DNA of 64,000 nt from assembly GCA_040401815.1 (NCBI GenBank), contig JBBANT010000001.1, positions 34,521 to 98,520 on the forward strand, in the 5' to 3' direction. Positions 47,356 through 58,701 of this stretch are shown here, piece by piece; within the stretch, counting starts at the first letter, position 1; every line of letters begins with the position of its first letter. Both the position numbers and the translations under genes were made by a program. Under the pieces are notes generated by a model, which was not told where the DNA came from, did not search any database, and saw only the letters and a program-made list of their open reading frames with translations. The stretch comes from Ilumatobacteraceae bacterium. Lineage in GTDB: Bacteria; Actinomycetota; Acidimicrobiia; Acidimicrobiales; Ilumatobacteraceae.

Positions 47356-49626
47356 TTACTGATTGATGGCCTGCCACACACGCTCGGGCGTCGTCGGCAT
47401 GTCGATGTGACGCACGCCCAAATGGGCGACCGCATCGACCACTGCTGATTGCACTGCTGGTGTCGAGCCAATCGTGCCCGATTCGCCCACACCCTTGGCC
47501 CCCAACGGGTTGCGTGGGGTGGGGGTGGCCATGGCGACGAGTTCGATCTGGGGTGCTTCGACCGCCGAGATGAATGCGTACTCGGCCAAGTTGCCCGTTT
47601 TTGGGTTGCCGTCGGCGTCATAAACAAATTCTTCGAGCAAGGCCTGCGCCGAACCCTGGGCGATGCCACCGTGAATTTGTCCTTCGAGCAACAGCGGGTT
47701 CAACACGGTGCCGGCATCGTCGCAGGCAATTTGCCTGAGGTGTGTGACTTTGCCGGTTTCGGTGTCGACTTCGACAACGGCAACATGCGCACCGAACGGA
47801 AACGTGGCGCCACCCGAGGTAAACCGGTGTGCATAGGCGAGCCCACCGTCATTGGCCCGTGATGATGCAAGGTCGCCCCACGAAGTGCTCTTGGCTGGTG
47901 TGCCTGCCACGTGAAACACGCCGCGCTCTTTGTCGAGCACGATGTCGCTTTCGGCGGCCTCTAACTGTGAAGCAGCAAATGCTTTGGCCTGCTCGACGAG
48001 TTTGATGGCCGTTTCGTGCACGGCCGCGCCACCCAATTGCAACGAGCGCGAACCATAGGTGCCGAGACCTTCGGGGATGAGGTCGGTATCGCCCCACACC
48101 ACGTCGATTTTGTCCATCGCGATACCTGTGTGTTCAGACGCGATCATCGACCATGCAGTCACGTGGCCCTGGCCGTGTGGTGATGTGCCGGTGTACACGA
48201 TTGCGCGACCGTCGGGCAGCACTTCGATGCGGGCGTCTTCGTGGTTGGTGCCACCAGAGGTGATCTCGACGTACACGCTCACGCCGATGCCGAGTTGGTT
48301 GCGGTCGCCACGCGCGCGACGTGCGGCTTGCTCTTTGCGCAGGTCGGCATAGTTCGCCGCAGCCAACACCAAGTCGAGTGCACCTTCGTAGTCGCCGACG
48401 TCGTATTCCTGACCAATGGCAGTGGTGTGGGGTTGCATGAACTTGCCGATGAGATTTTTGCGACGAACTTCGGCGGCGTCGAGGCCGATCTCGGCAGCAA
48501 ACATATCCATTGCTCGTTCGATGGCGGCGGTGGCTTCGGGGCGACCAGCACCGCGATACGCAACGATTGGCGTGGTGTTGGTGACCACCGACTTGGTGCG
48601 GCATTCGATTTTTGGAATCGCGTATACGCCGCTGCTCATCGGGCGAGTGCACGCGGGGGCCAACACGGCACCAACGTCAACGAACGCGCCCGAATCTTGA
48701 ATCGCTTCAAGACGGTAGGCGAGCACCTTGCCGTCGCGGTTGCCACCGAGAGTGATGTATTGCAACTGTGCGCGACCGTGACCAAGCGAGACCATCGATT
48801 CGCTGCGGGTTTCGCGCCAGCGCAACGGGCGATTGACCGCGAGTGCCAAGCGACCCAACACGATTTCTTCGGGGTAGGCCGAAATTTTTGCACCAAACCC
48901 GCCGCCGACGTCGGGGGTAATCACCCGCACGTGACTGGTGGCGTCACTTTTGTTGATCTGGTCGCGCACACCCTGAGCGTGTTGCGTGGAGATCCACTGA
49001 AACAATCGACCATCAACCCAAGCCACGGCCGAACCGCGCACCTCGAGCGGGCATGGCGCCAGACGCTGGTTGACATACCGACCCTTGACCACCACTTCGC
49101 AGTCGGCGAAAAAATCGTCACCCGTCACATCGGGCATGCCCCACACTGTGGAGTCGACGACGATATTGCTGCCGGCATCGGGGTAGATGAGCGTTGACGA
49201 TGTCATCGCTGATTCGATATCGATCAACACTTCAAGCGGTTCATAGTCGATGACTACTAAGTCGGCGGCGTCTTCGCCTTGGTTGGCATGTTCGGTGACC
49301 ACGACTGCCACGGGTTCGCCCACGTAGCGCACGCGATCACTGGCCAGCAACGTGCGCGACACGCCTGCGTTGTATGACGAAGTTTCTGGTGCGAGCCCTA
49401 GCGATGCTGCGGTGTGCACTGCGATAACACCTGGTGCCTGCAGCGCGGCACTGATATCGATGCCCAGAATCGTGGCGTGGGCCATTTGCGAGCGCACAAA
49501 AGTGACATGGGCGGCGCCTGCCAAAAGTGGTTCAGCGTGCATGTCATCGACATAGACACCGCCAGTGGTAAGAAACTTCGGATCTTCTTTGCGTAAAACG
49601 CGGTTACCAAGAATGCTTCCAGCCAT
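47356..49626 (-). CDS. coxL: Molybdopterin-binding large subunit of a xanthine-dehydrogenase-family enzyme, form-II CoxL-like
   Basis: It is 756 aa. The active-site loop reads [12 protein letters not shown] (form-II type AYRGAGR, not the form-I AYxCSFR). Confidence 0.9.
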   Translation of the reverse strand: MAGSILGNRVLRKEDPKFLTTGGVYVDDMHAEPLLAGAAHVTFVRSQMAHATILGIDISAALQAPGVIAVHTAASLGLAPETSSYNAGVSRTLLASDRVRYVGEPVAVVVTEHANQGEDAADLVVIDYEPLEVLIDIESAMTSSTLIYPDAGSNIVVDSTVWGMPDVTGDDFFADCEVVVKGRYVNQRLAPCPLEVRGSAVAWVDGRLFQWISTQHAQGVRDQINKSDATSHVRVITPDVGGGFGAKISAYPEEIVLGRLALAVNRPLRWRETRSESMVSLGHGRAQLQYITLGGNRDGKVLAYRLEAIQDSGAFVDVGAVLAPACTRPMSSGVYAIPKIECRTKSVVTNTTPIVAYRGAGRPEATAAIERAMDMFAAEIGLDAAEVRRKNLIGKFMQPHTTAIGQEYDVGDYEGALDLVLAAANYADLRKEQAARRARGDRNQLGIGVSVYVEITSGGTNHEDARIEVLPDGRAIVYTGTSPHGQGHVTAWSMIASEHTGIAMDKIDVVWGDTDLIPEGLGTYGSRSLQLGGAAVHETAIKLVEQAKAFAASQLEAAESDIVLDKERGVFHVAGTPAKSTSWGDLASSRANDGGLAYAHRFTSGGATFPFGAHVAVVEVDTETGKVTHLRQIACDDAGTVLNPLLLEGQIHGGIAQGSAQALLEEFVYDADGNPKTGNLAEYAFISAVEAPQIELVAMATPTPRNPLGAKGVGESGTIGSTPAVQSAVVDAVAHLGVRHIDMPTTPERVWQAINQ

Positions 49627-49657
49627 GCAGCAAAGTTACAGCGTTACGGGCTGATTA

Positions 49658-50083
49658 CTACGGTCGCGCCGGGTCAAACAGATCCAGATTGCCTTCGGCC
49701 ACGCCCACTTGTTGCGTCTCGCGCACGCTCACGATGCCAGCCACCAAGGTGTAAGGCCAGCGATCGGGCAGGGTCACTGGGGCTTCGGGTTGAGCGAGTA
49801 TGGGAATGCGTCGTTCGTTGGGCAACAGGTACCCAAGTTGTGAGCGAATTGCTTGGCGCACACCGGTTGGCGCCGACAACGCGTCGACTTCGTCTTGCAA
49901 AGCATCGTTGACTTCTTCATACACGCCGTACTGCCGAGATCGGGAGTCGAGCAAATCTTGTTGTGACAGCCAGGTGCGCACCGGCACCACCAAAAACGTG
50001 ATGGTGATGCCCGCAGCCATTAACAACACAATGGGCAACGTGAACGACCGCAGGCGGCTGGCTAGCGCAAGTGGAAAGTTCAC
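49658..50083 (-). CDS. ftsB: Septum formation initiator family protein (FtsB/DivIC-like)
   Basis: A single N-terminal TM span, then a coiled-coil-like LQDEVDAL segment and ...IRSQLGYLLPNE. The position directly downstream of eno is the conserved one. Confidence 0.75.
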   Translation of the reverse strand: MNFPLALASRLRSFTLPIVLLMAAGITITFLVVPVRTWLSQQDLLDSRSRQYGVYEEVNDALQDEVDALSAPTGVRQAIRSQLGYLLPNERRIPILAQPEAPVTLPDRWPYTLVAGIVSVRETQQVGVAEGNLDLFDPARP

Positions 50084-50130
50084 ACCTCTATTGTGACGGC
50101 TGGCCTGCGTATCTCGGTGGACTCCCCGTC

Positions 50131-51414
<1,284 letters not shown>

Positions 51415-51451
51415 CTAGTTGGCTGTCTCTAGTTGGCTGTCGGTGGGTGGC

Positions 51452-52957
51452 TCAGGCGAGGTCGCGTTTGGCGTCGTCCCACAACGCATCAAGTTGGGCG
51501 AGGTCACAATTTGCTAGGTCTAGCCCGCGTTGAGCGGCCAGTTGTTGCACACGGGTGAAACGTGCAACGAATTTGTCGGAGGCCTGGCGAAGTGCTGTCT
51601 CGGCATCAAGGCCAAGTTTGCGCGCCACGTTCACCACGCTGAATAGCACGTCGCCAAGTTCCATACGCACGGCGTCGGGGTCGCCTGCCTGCGTCGCATC
51701 GTGCAGTTCGGATATTTCTTCGGTGAGTTTGGCGGTGGCACCAGCAACATCGGGCCAGTCAAACCCAACCTCGGCAGCACGCTTCTGCAACTTTTGGGCC
51801 AACGACAGCGACGGGGCAGCACGCGCCACACCCGCGAAAAAGTCGGGCTCGTCAGTTGTGTGTTGCGGTTTACTATTCGCACGTGTCGCGCGTTCGGCAC
51901 GTTCAGCTTGTTTGATTTCGTCCCAGGTCTTGACCACGTCACCCGCAGTGGTTGCTGAAGCATCACCAAACACGTGCGGGTGGCGACGCACCAATTTGTC
52001 GTGGGTCGCGCGCGCAACATCGGCCAGGCTGAAGCGGCCTTCTTGCTCGGCAATCGTGGTGTGAAATTCAATTTGATACAACAAGTCGCCCAGTTCTTCG
52101 ATGAGTGCGTCGTCGGTGGTGGGGTCATTCGCGTCGAGTGCGTTCAGCGCATCAACCACTTCGTATGTTTCTTCAATCAGGTAACGCACGAGTGAAGCGT
52201 GAGTTTGCTCGCGGTCCCATGGGCACTGCTCGCGCAGCGTGCGTGCCAAACGGTGCAGTCGGGCCATCTCGCTGGCAATCGGCTCGGCGAGTTGCGCGAT
52301 GTAGATCGACGTCAAATGGTCGGCCACCACGCCATGGGCCCGCTCGAGACGGTCGATGTCGTCCCATGTGGTGGTCACCACCTGTTCGTCGGGCAGTCCT
52401 AAGTGATGCAACACCACCACGGGCTCGTCGCCACGGGCCGAGTCGTGAGCCAGTTTTACTTCTGACAACACCCAGTCGGCATGACATTGCGCCACCAAGA
52501 ATGGGCCGCGGTCGTCGGCGGCAACTTCGGCAAACCGATGGGCATCCACCAACCGCACACTGTGATTCACCGGGTCGATGCCGAGGCGCAACCAGGCGAG
52601 ATCCAAAAAACTCACCGCTGACATCACCCGCACATCAAGCCGCGTGTCGGCAAGGAGTCGTTGCACGACGTCTTCGAGCACGCCTGGTGAGCCGGGCACT
52701 GCATATAACGCCGAGCCATCGCGCAAGGCGGTTTCGCTCACCCGAGTGGCGATGGCTGCATACACCTCGGCAAATGTGTCGTGGCGCTCGTATTCGTCGT
52801 CGAAAGATGTTGCATCGCCGACGAGAGCAGCACTCGGGTGACGAGTGGTGCGCACGAAGCGAGTGGTTGCACCCGCAATGGCGTCACGAGTTTCTTGGGT
52901 CACCAACCCAACTGGGCCAGGCCCCAGACCGACGACGGTAACAACCGGACGGCTCAC
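51452..52957 (-). CDS. mazG: Tetrapyrrole-methylase-like domain fused to tandem MazG NTP pyrophosphohydrolase domains
   Basis: The N-terminus VVTVVGLGPGP is methylase-like. The MazG motifs are EETYEVVDA...EELGDLLYQI and a second EEISEL...ELGDVLFSVVN. The GTG at 52957 lies just after the upstream stop. Confidence 0.85.
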   Translation of the reverse strand: MSRPVVTVVGLGPGPVGLVTQETRDAIAGATTRFVRTTRHPSAALVGDATSFDDEYERHDTFAEVYAAIATRVSETALRDGSALYAVPGSPGVLEDVVQRLLADTRLDVRVMSAVSFLDLAWLRLGIDPVNHSVRLVDAHRFAEVAADDRGPFLVAQCHADWVLSEVKLAHDSARGDEPVVVLHHLGLPDEQVVTTTWDDIDRLERAHGVVADHLTSIYIAQLAEPIASEMARLHRLARTLREQCPWDREQTHASLVRYLIEETYEVVDALNALDANDPTTDDALIEELGDLLYQIEFHTTIAEQEGRFSLADVARATHDKLVRRHPHVFGDASATTAGDVVKTWDEIKQAERAERATRANSKPQHTTDEPDFFAGVARAAPSLSLAQKLQKRAAEVGFDWPDVAGATAKLTEEISELHDATQAGDPDAVRMELGDVLFSVVNVARKLGLDAETALRQASDKFVARFTRVQQLAAQRGLDLANCDLAQLDALWDDAKRDLA

Positions 52958-52962
52958 GAAAA

Positions 52963-53856
52963 TTACGGAGCGACGACGCTGCCAGCGAGCGGATCCCAAC
53001 GCCCGTAGCGAGAGGCAACGGTAATGTCGGCGTCGGCAAGTGCGCCCAACAACAAATATTCGCCGGGCGCAGATGTGAGATTTGCGGTAACGCTTTCGGC
53101 AACTGCGGTGAACGGGCGAATAAAAATCACATGCCAGCCAAACGACGATTGCAATGGCTTGGTTGGCACACCCGTGCGAGCCCCAAGCGCACCTGCGACA
53201 AAGTCAGGGTCGTAACCGGCTTGCCATTCGTTGATGCTGATGCAGTCGCCAGTTTGCCCAGTGAGTGCGCCACCTGTTTCTTTGGCATTGGGTTCGGTGG
53301 AATACTTGCCGGCGACAGCGGCAAACTCGTCGTCAGATGGGGCCGAACTGAGTTCGGCATACGCAGTTTTGGCCAGTGCTTCATCGTTGACCACCAAGTG
53401 ACTCACACACAACATGCCCAACGACTTGGGGTTAGTGGCGTATTGCTCGGCGACGAAATCTTCGCTCGGAGCCTTGATGCGACCCAGCACTGCTGTAGCG
53501 GAATTGAGTTCGACGATGAGATCAAGCAACGTTTGCGGAAAACCTTCGAGGTTTTGTTCTTCAACTTGGGCCAGCACCGCGGCGCGATCATCATCGGTGA
53601 CCGATTCACCAGCTGTGGCAATGACTTGTGCCGTTGCCTCGGCACGAATCAACGAGGTGAGTAGCCCGCGCACCGTTTCGCCATCGGCAACACCATTGGT
53701 GAGTTGTGCTTCGCCAACCGTCACGAAATCTGCAACAGTTTGGTCTAAGTCGGCAGTGCGAATACCGACGCCGTTGATGGTGGCGGCGTCTTGGGTGGTG
53801 CCGCACGAAGCGAGCACGCCGACCAGCAAAAGAGTGGCAATCAGACGACGAGGCAC
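52963..53856 (-). CDS. Lipoprotein with a parvulin-like/SurA-like PPIase region
   Basis: The signal peptide and lipobox read LLLVGVLASCG. The C-terminal SFGWHVIFIRP resembles the parvulin GWH motif. Confidence 0.65.
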   Translation of the reverse strand: MPRRLIATLLLVGVLASCGTTQDAATINGVGIRTADLDQTVADFVTVGEAQLTNGVADGETVRGLLTSLIRAEATAQVIATAGESVTDDDRAAVLAQVEEQNLEGFPQTLLDLIVELNSATAVLGRIKAPSEDFVAEQYATNPKSLGMLCVSHLVVNDEALAKTAYAELSSAPSDDEFAAVAGKYSTEPNAKETGGALTGQTGDCISINEWQAGYDPDFVAGALGARTGVPTKPLQSSFGWHVIFIRPFTAVAESVTANLTSAPGEYLLLGALADADITVASRYGRWDPLAGSVVAP

Positions 53857-53865
53857 CGTTTTACC

Positions 53866-56800
53866 CTAGTTGTCAGTCGCTGGCGCATGGCCAGCCGTAA
53901 AGATTTGCGGCAATGCCCGCAGCAAAAACTCGACTGCGCCTTCGCCCTTGGGCACGTCAATCCGCAGGCTGAGTGCGTCACGGTCGTAGGTGTTTTTTGG
54001 CGTCACGCTGTCGACGCGTACTTCGCCCTCCCGATTGAGACGCACTGGAAACAGCCGCACCGAGGCGTCTTGCACCACCACGCGCGACAGTGCCGCCCGA
54101 TGACACGCCACTCGCAAAGTGCCGATACGCAACAAGGCAGTTGCCTGGCTGGGTAGCGGCCCGAAGCGGTCGGCCCATTCTTCGCGCAAGGTGGCCAGTG
54201 CATCGTCGTCAAACACCATCGCCAACTTTCGGTAGGCGTCCAGACGCAATTCTTCGGAGTCGACATAGTCGTGCGGCAGATACGCGTCAACCAACATGTC
54301 GATCTTGAGTTCCAATGGGGTAGTGATCGGCTCGCCCTTCATTTCAGCCACCGACTCGCTCACCATCTGGCAATACAAGTCGTATCCAACCGCGGTGATG
54401 CGGCCGCTTTGTTGTTCACCCAGCAAACTGCCGGCACCGCGCAGCTCTAAGTCGCGGCGCGCGATTTTGTAGCCACTTCCAAGATCGGTCGACTCGCCGA
54501 TGGTCTTCAGGCGCTCGTAGGCGATTTCGGTAAGCACCTGGTCGCGCGGATGAAACAAAAATGCATACGCCTGTTGCCCGGCGCGCCCGACCCGACCGCG
54601 CAACTGGTGCAACTGCCCGAGCCCGAGCCGTTGTGCGTCTTCGACCACCAGTGTGTTGACCGCTGGCATGTCGATGCCACTTTCGATGATGGTGGTGCAG
54701 ACCAACACGTCAAACTTGCCATCCCAGAAATCCACCACGGTGCGCTCGAGCACTGCTTCGTCCATTTGGCCGTGGGCAAACGTGATGCGTGCCTCGGGCA
54801 CCAGTCGCCGCAAATCTTCCGCGCGTTCTTCGATCGTGTCGACACGATTGTGCACCCAAAACACTTGACCTTCGCGCAGCAACTCTCGCCGAATGGCTTC
54901 GGCTGCCACACGGTTGTCGTACGCAGTTACGTAAGTGCGAATCGGTTGCCGGTCGGCCGGTGGCGTGTTGAGCAGCGACATGTCGCGAATGCCGACCAGG
55001 CTCATTTCCAACGTGCGCGGTATTGGCGTTGCTGACATGGTGAGCACGTCAACGTTGGTGCGCATCATCTTCATCGACTCTTTGTGTTGCACACCGAACC
55101 GTTGCTCTTCGTCGACCACAAGCAGGCCCAGGTTTTTGAATCGAATGTTTTCTTGCAACAAGCGATGCGTGCCAATCACCACGTCGACTTCGCCCGTGGC
55201 CAGGCCGGCAATCACGCGCTTGGCTTTGGTAGGGCTCACGAAACGCGAAAGCATTTCTACTTTTATTGGGTAGGGCTTGAAGCGTTCACTAAACGTGGCC
55301 ATGTGTTGCGATGCCAACAACGTGGTTGGCACGAGTACCGCAGTTTGTTTGCCATCTTGGACGGCTTTGAAAGCGGCGCGAATCGCCACTTCGGTTTTGC
55401 CGAAACCCACATCGCCACACACGAGACGATCCATCGGGCTGGCACTTTCCATGTCTTGTTTCACAGCGATGATTGCTTCAAATTGATCGGGGGTTTCAAC
55501 GAATGGAAACGCGGCTTCCATTTCCGTTTGCCACGGTGTGTCGGGGCTAAACGCGTGCCCAGGCGTGTGCAGTCGTCGTTGGTACAGCACCACGAGTTCT
55601 TGGGCAATCACCCGCAGGTCGTTGCGCACCCGCTGTTTGATGCGCGCAAAATCTGCACCACCCATCTTGTTGAGCGGTGGCGCGTCGCCGCCCACATATT
55701 GCCGCACGAAGTCGATCTGATCGCTGAGCACGAACAAGCTGCCGTCGGCATAACGCAGGTGCAGGAAGTCGCGTTCGACCCCGTCGAGTTTGCGCCGCGC
55801 CATGCCTTCGAACACGCCGATGCCATGCACGTCGTGCACCACATGATCGCCCGCTTTGAGATCTTCGAACATCGTGGCGGCCCCACGGCGGCGTGTGCGC
55901 CGACGACGCGTGAGGCGACGACCCGAAATTTCGGCTTCGGTCGCCACCATGATCGAAACCGTTGGCAACACGAAACCCTCGTGCAGCTGCTGCACCACGA
56001 CCGTGACCACATTGCGCGAAAACGACGACTCGGGTATTGCACCTGGGGCGGCGTATACGACGGGGATTCCATACGATGCGAGTTCGTGTCGAACACGAGT
56101 GGCTGACTCGTTGCTGTCATAGGCGAGCACGATTTGAAAATTGATCTGCAGTAGTTCCCGTAGTCGTTCGGCCAGTCGTTCGGTGGTGTTGGCTGGCGAA
56201 CCCCAGCGGCTCACAGCCACATTGATGGCGCCATCAGCCGGTTCGCCCAAGCCAGGTGAAGTAATCGACAACACCAACTCTGTGGTGGTGCGCTCTAACA
56301 ACGTGTCGACATCCACGTGCAGTCGGGGCATGTCTTCGTCGATGGCAAACGACCAGGTTGAGGCCAGTGCTTCGGCCACGGCGCGCTCTTCTTTGTGCAA
56401 CTCGCGCGCCCGCGAGCGCAGGTATGCAGGGTCGCAGACCACGAGCCCGGCATGGGCCGGCAACACATCGAGCAATGTCGTTGAATCATCGACAAGCCAG
56501 GCCAGCCAGTTTTCCATTCCTTCAAAGCCGCTGCGTTGCGCGATGCGCTCCCACTGTTCGCGACCCCACGGTTCGGTGGTGCTCAACTGCTCAGCGCGAG
56601 CCGCGATGTTGTCATCGATCAACAATTCACGCGCCGGATACAACACCACTTCGTCGAGTTCGCCAGTGCTGCGCTGATCAGTGACCGAAAAAGTGCTCAG
56701 CCGTTCGACTTCGTCACCCCACAACTCGACGCGCACTGGTGCATCGGCGGTGGCGTCGAACACGTCGAAGATGGCGCCGCGTTGGGCGAATTCACCACGA

Positions 56801-57315
56801 TGTTCGGTGAGTTGCTCGCGCACGTATCCCCATTCCACGAGTGTCGTGGCGATGGCATCAAGATCGAGCGTGGCCCCGCGACGAATCACGATTGGCTCGA
56901 AGGTCAATGCAGCCGGGCTGAGCCGCTGCAATAAGGCGCGAATCGGTGCGATGATTATTTGCGGTGCCGTTGCGCTGCGCAACTGCGACACCAAGCGCAT
57001 TCGTTCGCCCATCGTTTCGATGCCGGGGCTCACCCGCTCGAACGGCAAGGTTTCCCACGCTGGAAAATACGCCACCGCTGCGTCGCTGTAGGCGCGCAAA
57101 TCGTCGTACAACACCCGGGCCTGCGAATCGGTGGGCACCGCCACCACCAAAATGTTGCGCGGGCGCGTGCGGGCCAGTGCGCTCAGCAGCAGTGGGCGAG
57201 CGTTCTCAGCCCACCCCACCACAGCACCCGCAGGAACCCCGATGCCCAATGTGCGGCCGTGGCTGGCAGCAAGTTCGGCGAGCACGGCCAGCGACACGTT
57301 GTCTGTAGCAATCAT
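53866..57315 (-). CDS. mfd: Transcription-repair coupling factor
   Basis: It is 1149 aa. Helicase motifs are GDVGFGKTEVA and VVDEEQRFGV, with the TRG motif region ...HQLRGRVGR. Confidence 0.97.
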   Translation of the reverse strand: MIATDNVSLAVLAELAASHGRTLGIGVPAGAVVGWAENARPLLLSALARTRPRNILVVAVPTDSQARVLYDDLRAYSDAAVAYFPAWETLPFERVSPGIETMGERMRLVSQLRSATAPQIIIAPIRALLQRLSPAALTFEPIVIRRGATLDLDAIATTLVEWGYVREQLTEHRGEFAQRGAIFDVFDATADAPVRVELWGDEVERLSTFSVTDQRSTGELDEVVLYPARELLIDDNIAARAEQLSTTEPWGREQWERIAQRSGFEGMENWLAWLVDDSTTLLDVLPAHAGLVVCDPAYLRSRARELHKEERAVAEALASTWSFAIDEDMPRLHVDVDTLLERTTTELVLSITSPGLGEPADGAINVAVSRWGSPANTTERLAERLRELLQINFQIVLAYDSNESATRVRHELASYGIPVVYAAPGAIPESSFSRNVVTVVVQQLHEGFVLPTVSIMVATEAEISGRRLTRRRRTRRRGAATMFEDLKAGDHVVHDVHGIGVFEGMARRKLDGVERDFLHLRYADGSLFVLSDQIDFVRQYVGGDAPPLNKMGGADFARIKQRVRNDLRVIAQELVVLYQRRLHTPGHAFSPDTPWQTEMEAAFPFVETPDQFEAIIAVKQDMESASPMDRLVCGDVGFGKTEVAIRAAFKAVQDGKQTAVLVPTTLLASQHMATFSERFKPYPIKVEMLSRFVSPTKAKRVIAGLATGEVDVVIGTHRLLQENIRFKNLGLLVVDEEQRFGVQHKESMKMMRTNVDVLTMSATPIPRTLEMSLVGIRDMSLLNTPPADRQPIRTYVTAYDNRVAAEAIRRELLREGQVFWVHNRVDTIEERAEDLRRLVPEARITFAHGQMDEAVLERTVVDFWDGKFDVLVCTTIIESGIDMPAVNTLVVEDAQRLGLGQLHQLRGRVGRAGQQAYAFLFHPRDQVLTEIAYERLKTIGESTDLGSGYKIARRDLELRGAGSLLGEQQSGRITAVGYDLYCQMVSESVAEMKGEPITTPLELKIDMLVDAYLPHDYVDSEELRLDAYRKLAMVFDDDALATLREEWADRFGPLPSQATALLRIGTLRVACHRAALSRVVVQDASVRLFPVRLNREGEVRVDSVTPKNTYDRDALSLRIDVPKGEGAVEFLLRALPQIFTAGHAPATDN

Positions 57316-57327
57316 GCGGGATGCCGT

Positions 57328-57945
57328 TCAGTTGGCATTGATCTGTTGCATGGCCGCGTCGGCGCCATGTTGCAAGATCAGTTCGGTGGCGTCAGCAGCG
57401 CGCTGCACGGCGATATCGAGCAGTTGGCGTTCTGCAGTCGGAATCTTGCCGAGCACGTGATCGCCACCGTGTTCTTTGCTGGGTGGCTTGCCGACGCCGA
57501 TGCGAACACGCACGAAATCCTGCGACTTCAGATGTTGCGTGATCGACCGCAGGCCGTTGTGACCCGCCAACCCTCCACCAACCTTGACGCGCACAACACC
57601 AGGTGCCAAATCGAGTTCGTCGTGCACAATGACGATGCGTGCCACTTCGTCAATGCCGAAGCGTCGCGCCAGCGGGCCAACTGCTTGGCCTGAGTTGTTC
57701 ACGAATGTCATTGGCTTGCTCAACAAATAATGCAAGAAGTCAGAGTGCACTTCGGCTAACAGCGATTTGTCGCGTGACGCTTTGAGTGTGGTCGAGGCAC
57801 GACGCGCCAACTCGTCGATGACTTCGAAGCCCACATTGTGACGACTGCGTTCGTATTCGCGGCCTGGATTGCCGACACCAACGACGAGTGCTGAGAATGG
57901 GGTTCCGCGTCGCTCAGATCGCGACGAGCGACCAAATAGCGCCAT
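57328..57945 (-). CDS. pth: Peptidyl-tRNA hydrolase
   Basis: LVVGVGNPGREYERSRHNVGF and ...GLAGHNGLRS motifs are present. Confidence 0.95.
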   Translation of the reverse strand: MALFGRSSRSERRGTPFSALVVGVGNPGREYERSRHNVGFEVIDELARRASTTLKASRDKSLLAEVHSDFLHYLLSKPMTFVNNSGQAVGPLARRFGIDEVARIVIVHDELDLAPGVVRVKVGGGLAGHNGLRSITQHLKSQDFVRVRIGVGKPPSKEHGGDHVLGKIPTAERQLLDIAVQRAADATELILQHGADAAMQQINAN

Positions 57946-57966
57946 CGCGGATTACCGCATCGCGAT

Positions 57967-58668
57967 TTACTTAGTTGGCTTGCCGCCCGCGGCAGGTTTG
58001 CCACCTGCAGCCGGCTTGCCAGCATCGCCTTCGGCGTCACCTTCGGCAGCGGGTGCGGCACCCTCGGCACCGGCTTCGCCTTCGACGGGTGCTGCCACGA
58101 CGGCAACTTCTTCGATCTTGGTGGTGACCACGGTGACAACCACGAACTCGGGGTCACCGACGATGGACACACCCTCGGGCATTTGCAGGTCGCCAAGTCG
58201 CACCACGGTGTCCATGGTGAGGTTGGTGATGTCGACGATGATTTCGTTCGGAATGTTTGCCGCAGTGGCGCGCACATCAACAGAGTTAACGACTGGATCA
58301 ACGAGACCACCCTCGGCGAGAACGGCCTTGGCGGTTCCCTTGATGTGCAATGGCACGTGCACCGTGATGAGTTCGGTGAGGCTGATTTGCAAGAAGTCGA
58401 CGTGACGCACAATGCGCTTCACTGGGTCGCGCTGCACTTCTTTGACGATGGCTGGGTAGGTGTCGTTGCCAACTTGCAAATCCAACACGGTGTTGAGGCC
58501 AGCGGGGCCCGACAATGCAACGCGCAATGCTTTGCGGTCAACGGTGACGGGTGTTGGTGTCATGCCGTGTCCGTAGACGACAGCAGGAATCTGATCTTGG
58601 GTGAGCAAGCGGCGGGCAGCAGCGCTACCGAGCGCACGCCCGAGGCTGGTTTTTAGTGCTGTTGGCAT
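57967..58668 (-). CDS. rplY: 50S ribosomal protein L25/general stress protein Ctc
   Basis: IPAVVYGHG...VQRDPVKRIVRHVDF is typical. The C-terminal tail is low complexity (GKPAAGGKPAAGGKP). Confidence 0.92.
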   Translation of the reverse strand: MPTALKTSLGRALGSAAARRLLTQDQIPAVVYGHGMTPTPVTVDRKALRVALSGPAGLNTVLDLQVGNDTYPAIVKEVQRDPVKRIVRHVDFLQISLTELITVHVPLHIKGTAKAVLAEGGLVDPVVNSVDVRATAANIPNEIIVDITNLTMDTVVRLGDLQMPEGVSIVGDPEFVVVTVVTTKIEEVAVVAAPVEGEAGAEGAAPAAEGDAEGDAGKPAAGGKPAAGGKPTK

Positions 58669-58701
58669 TTGGTCAGTCTAAGGGCGCAAATTCGGGCCTG
58701 A

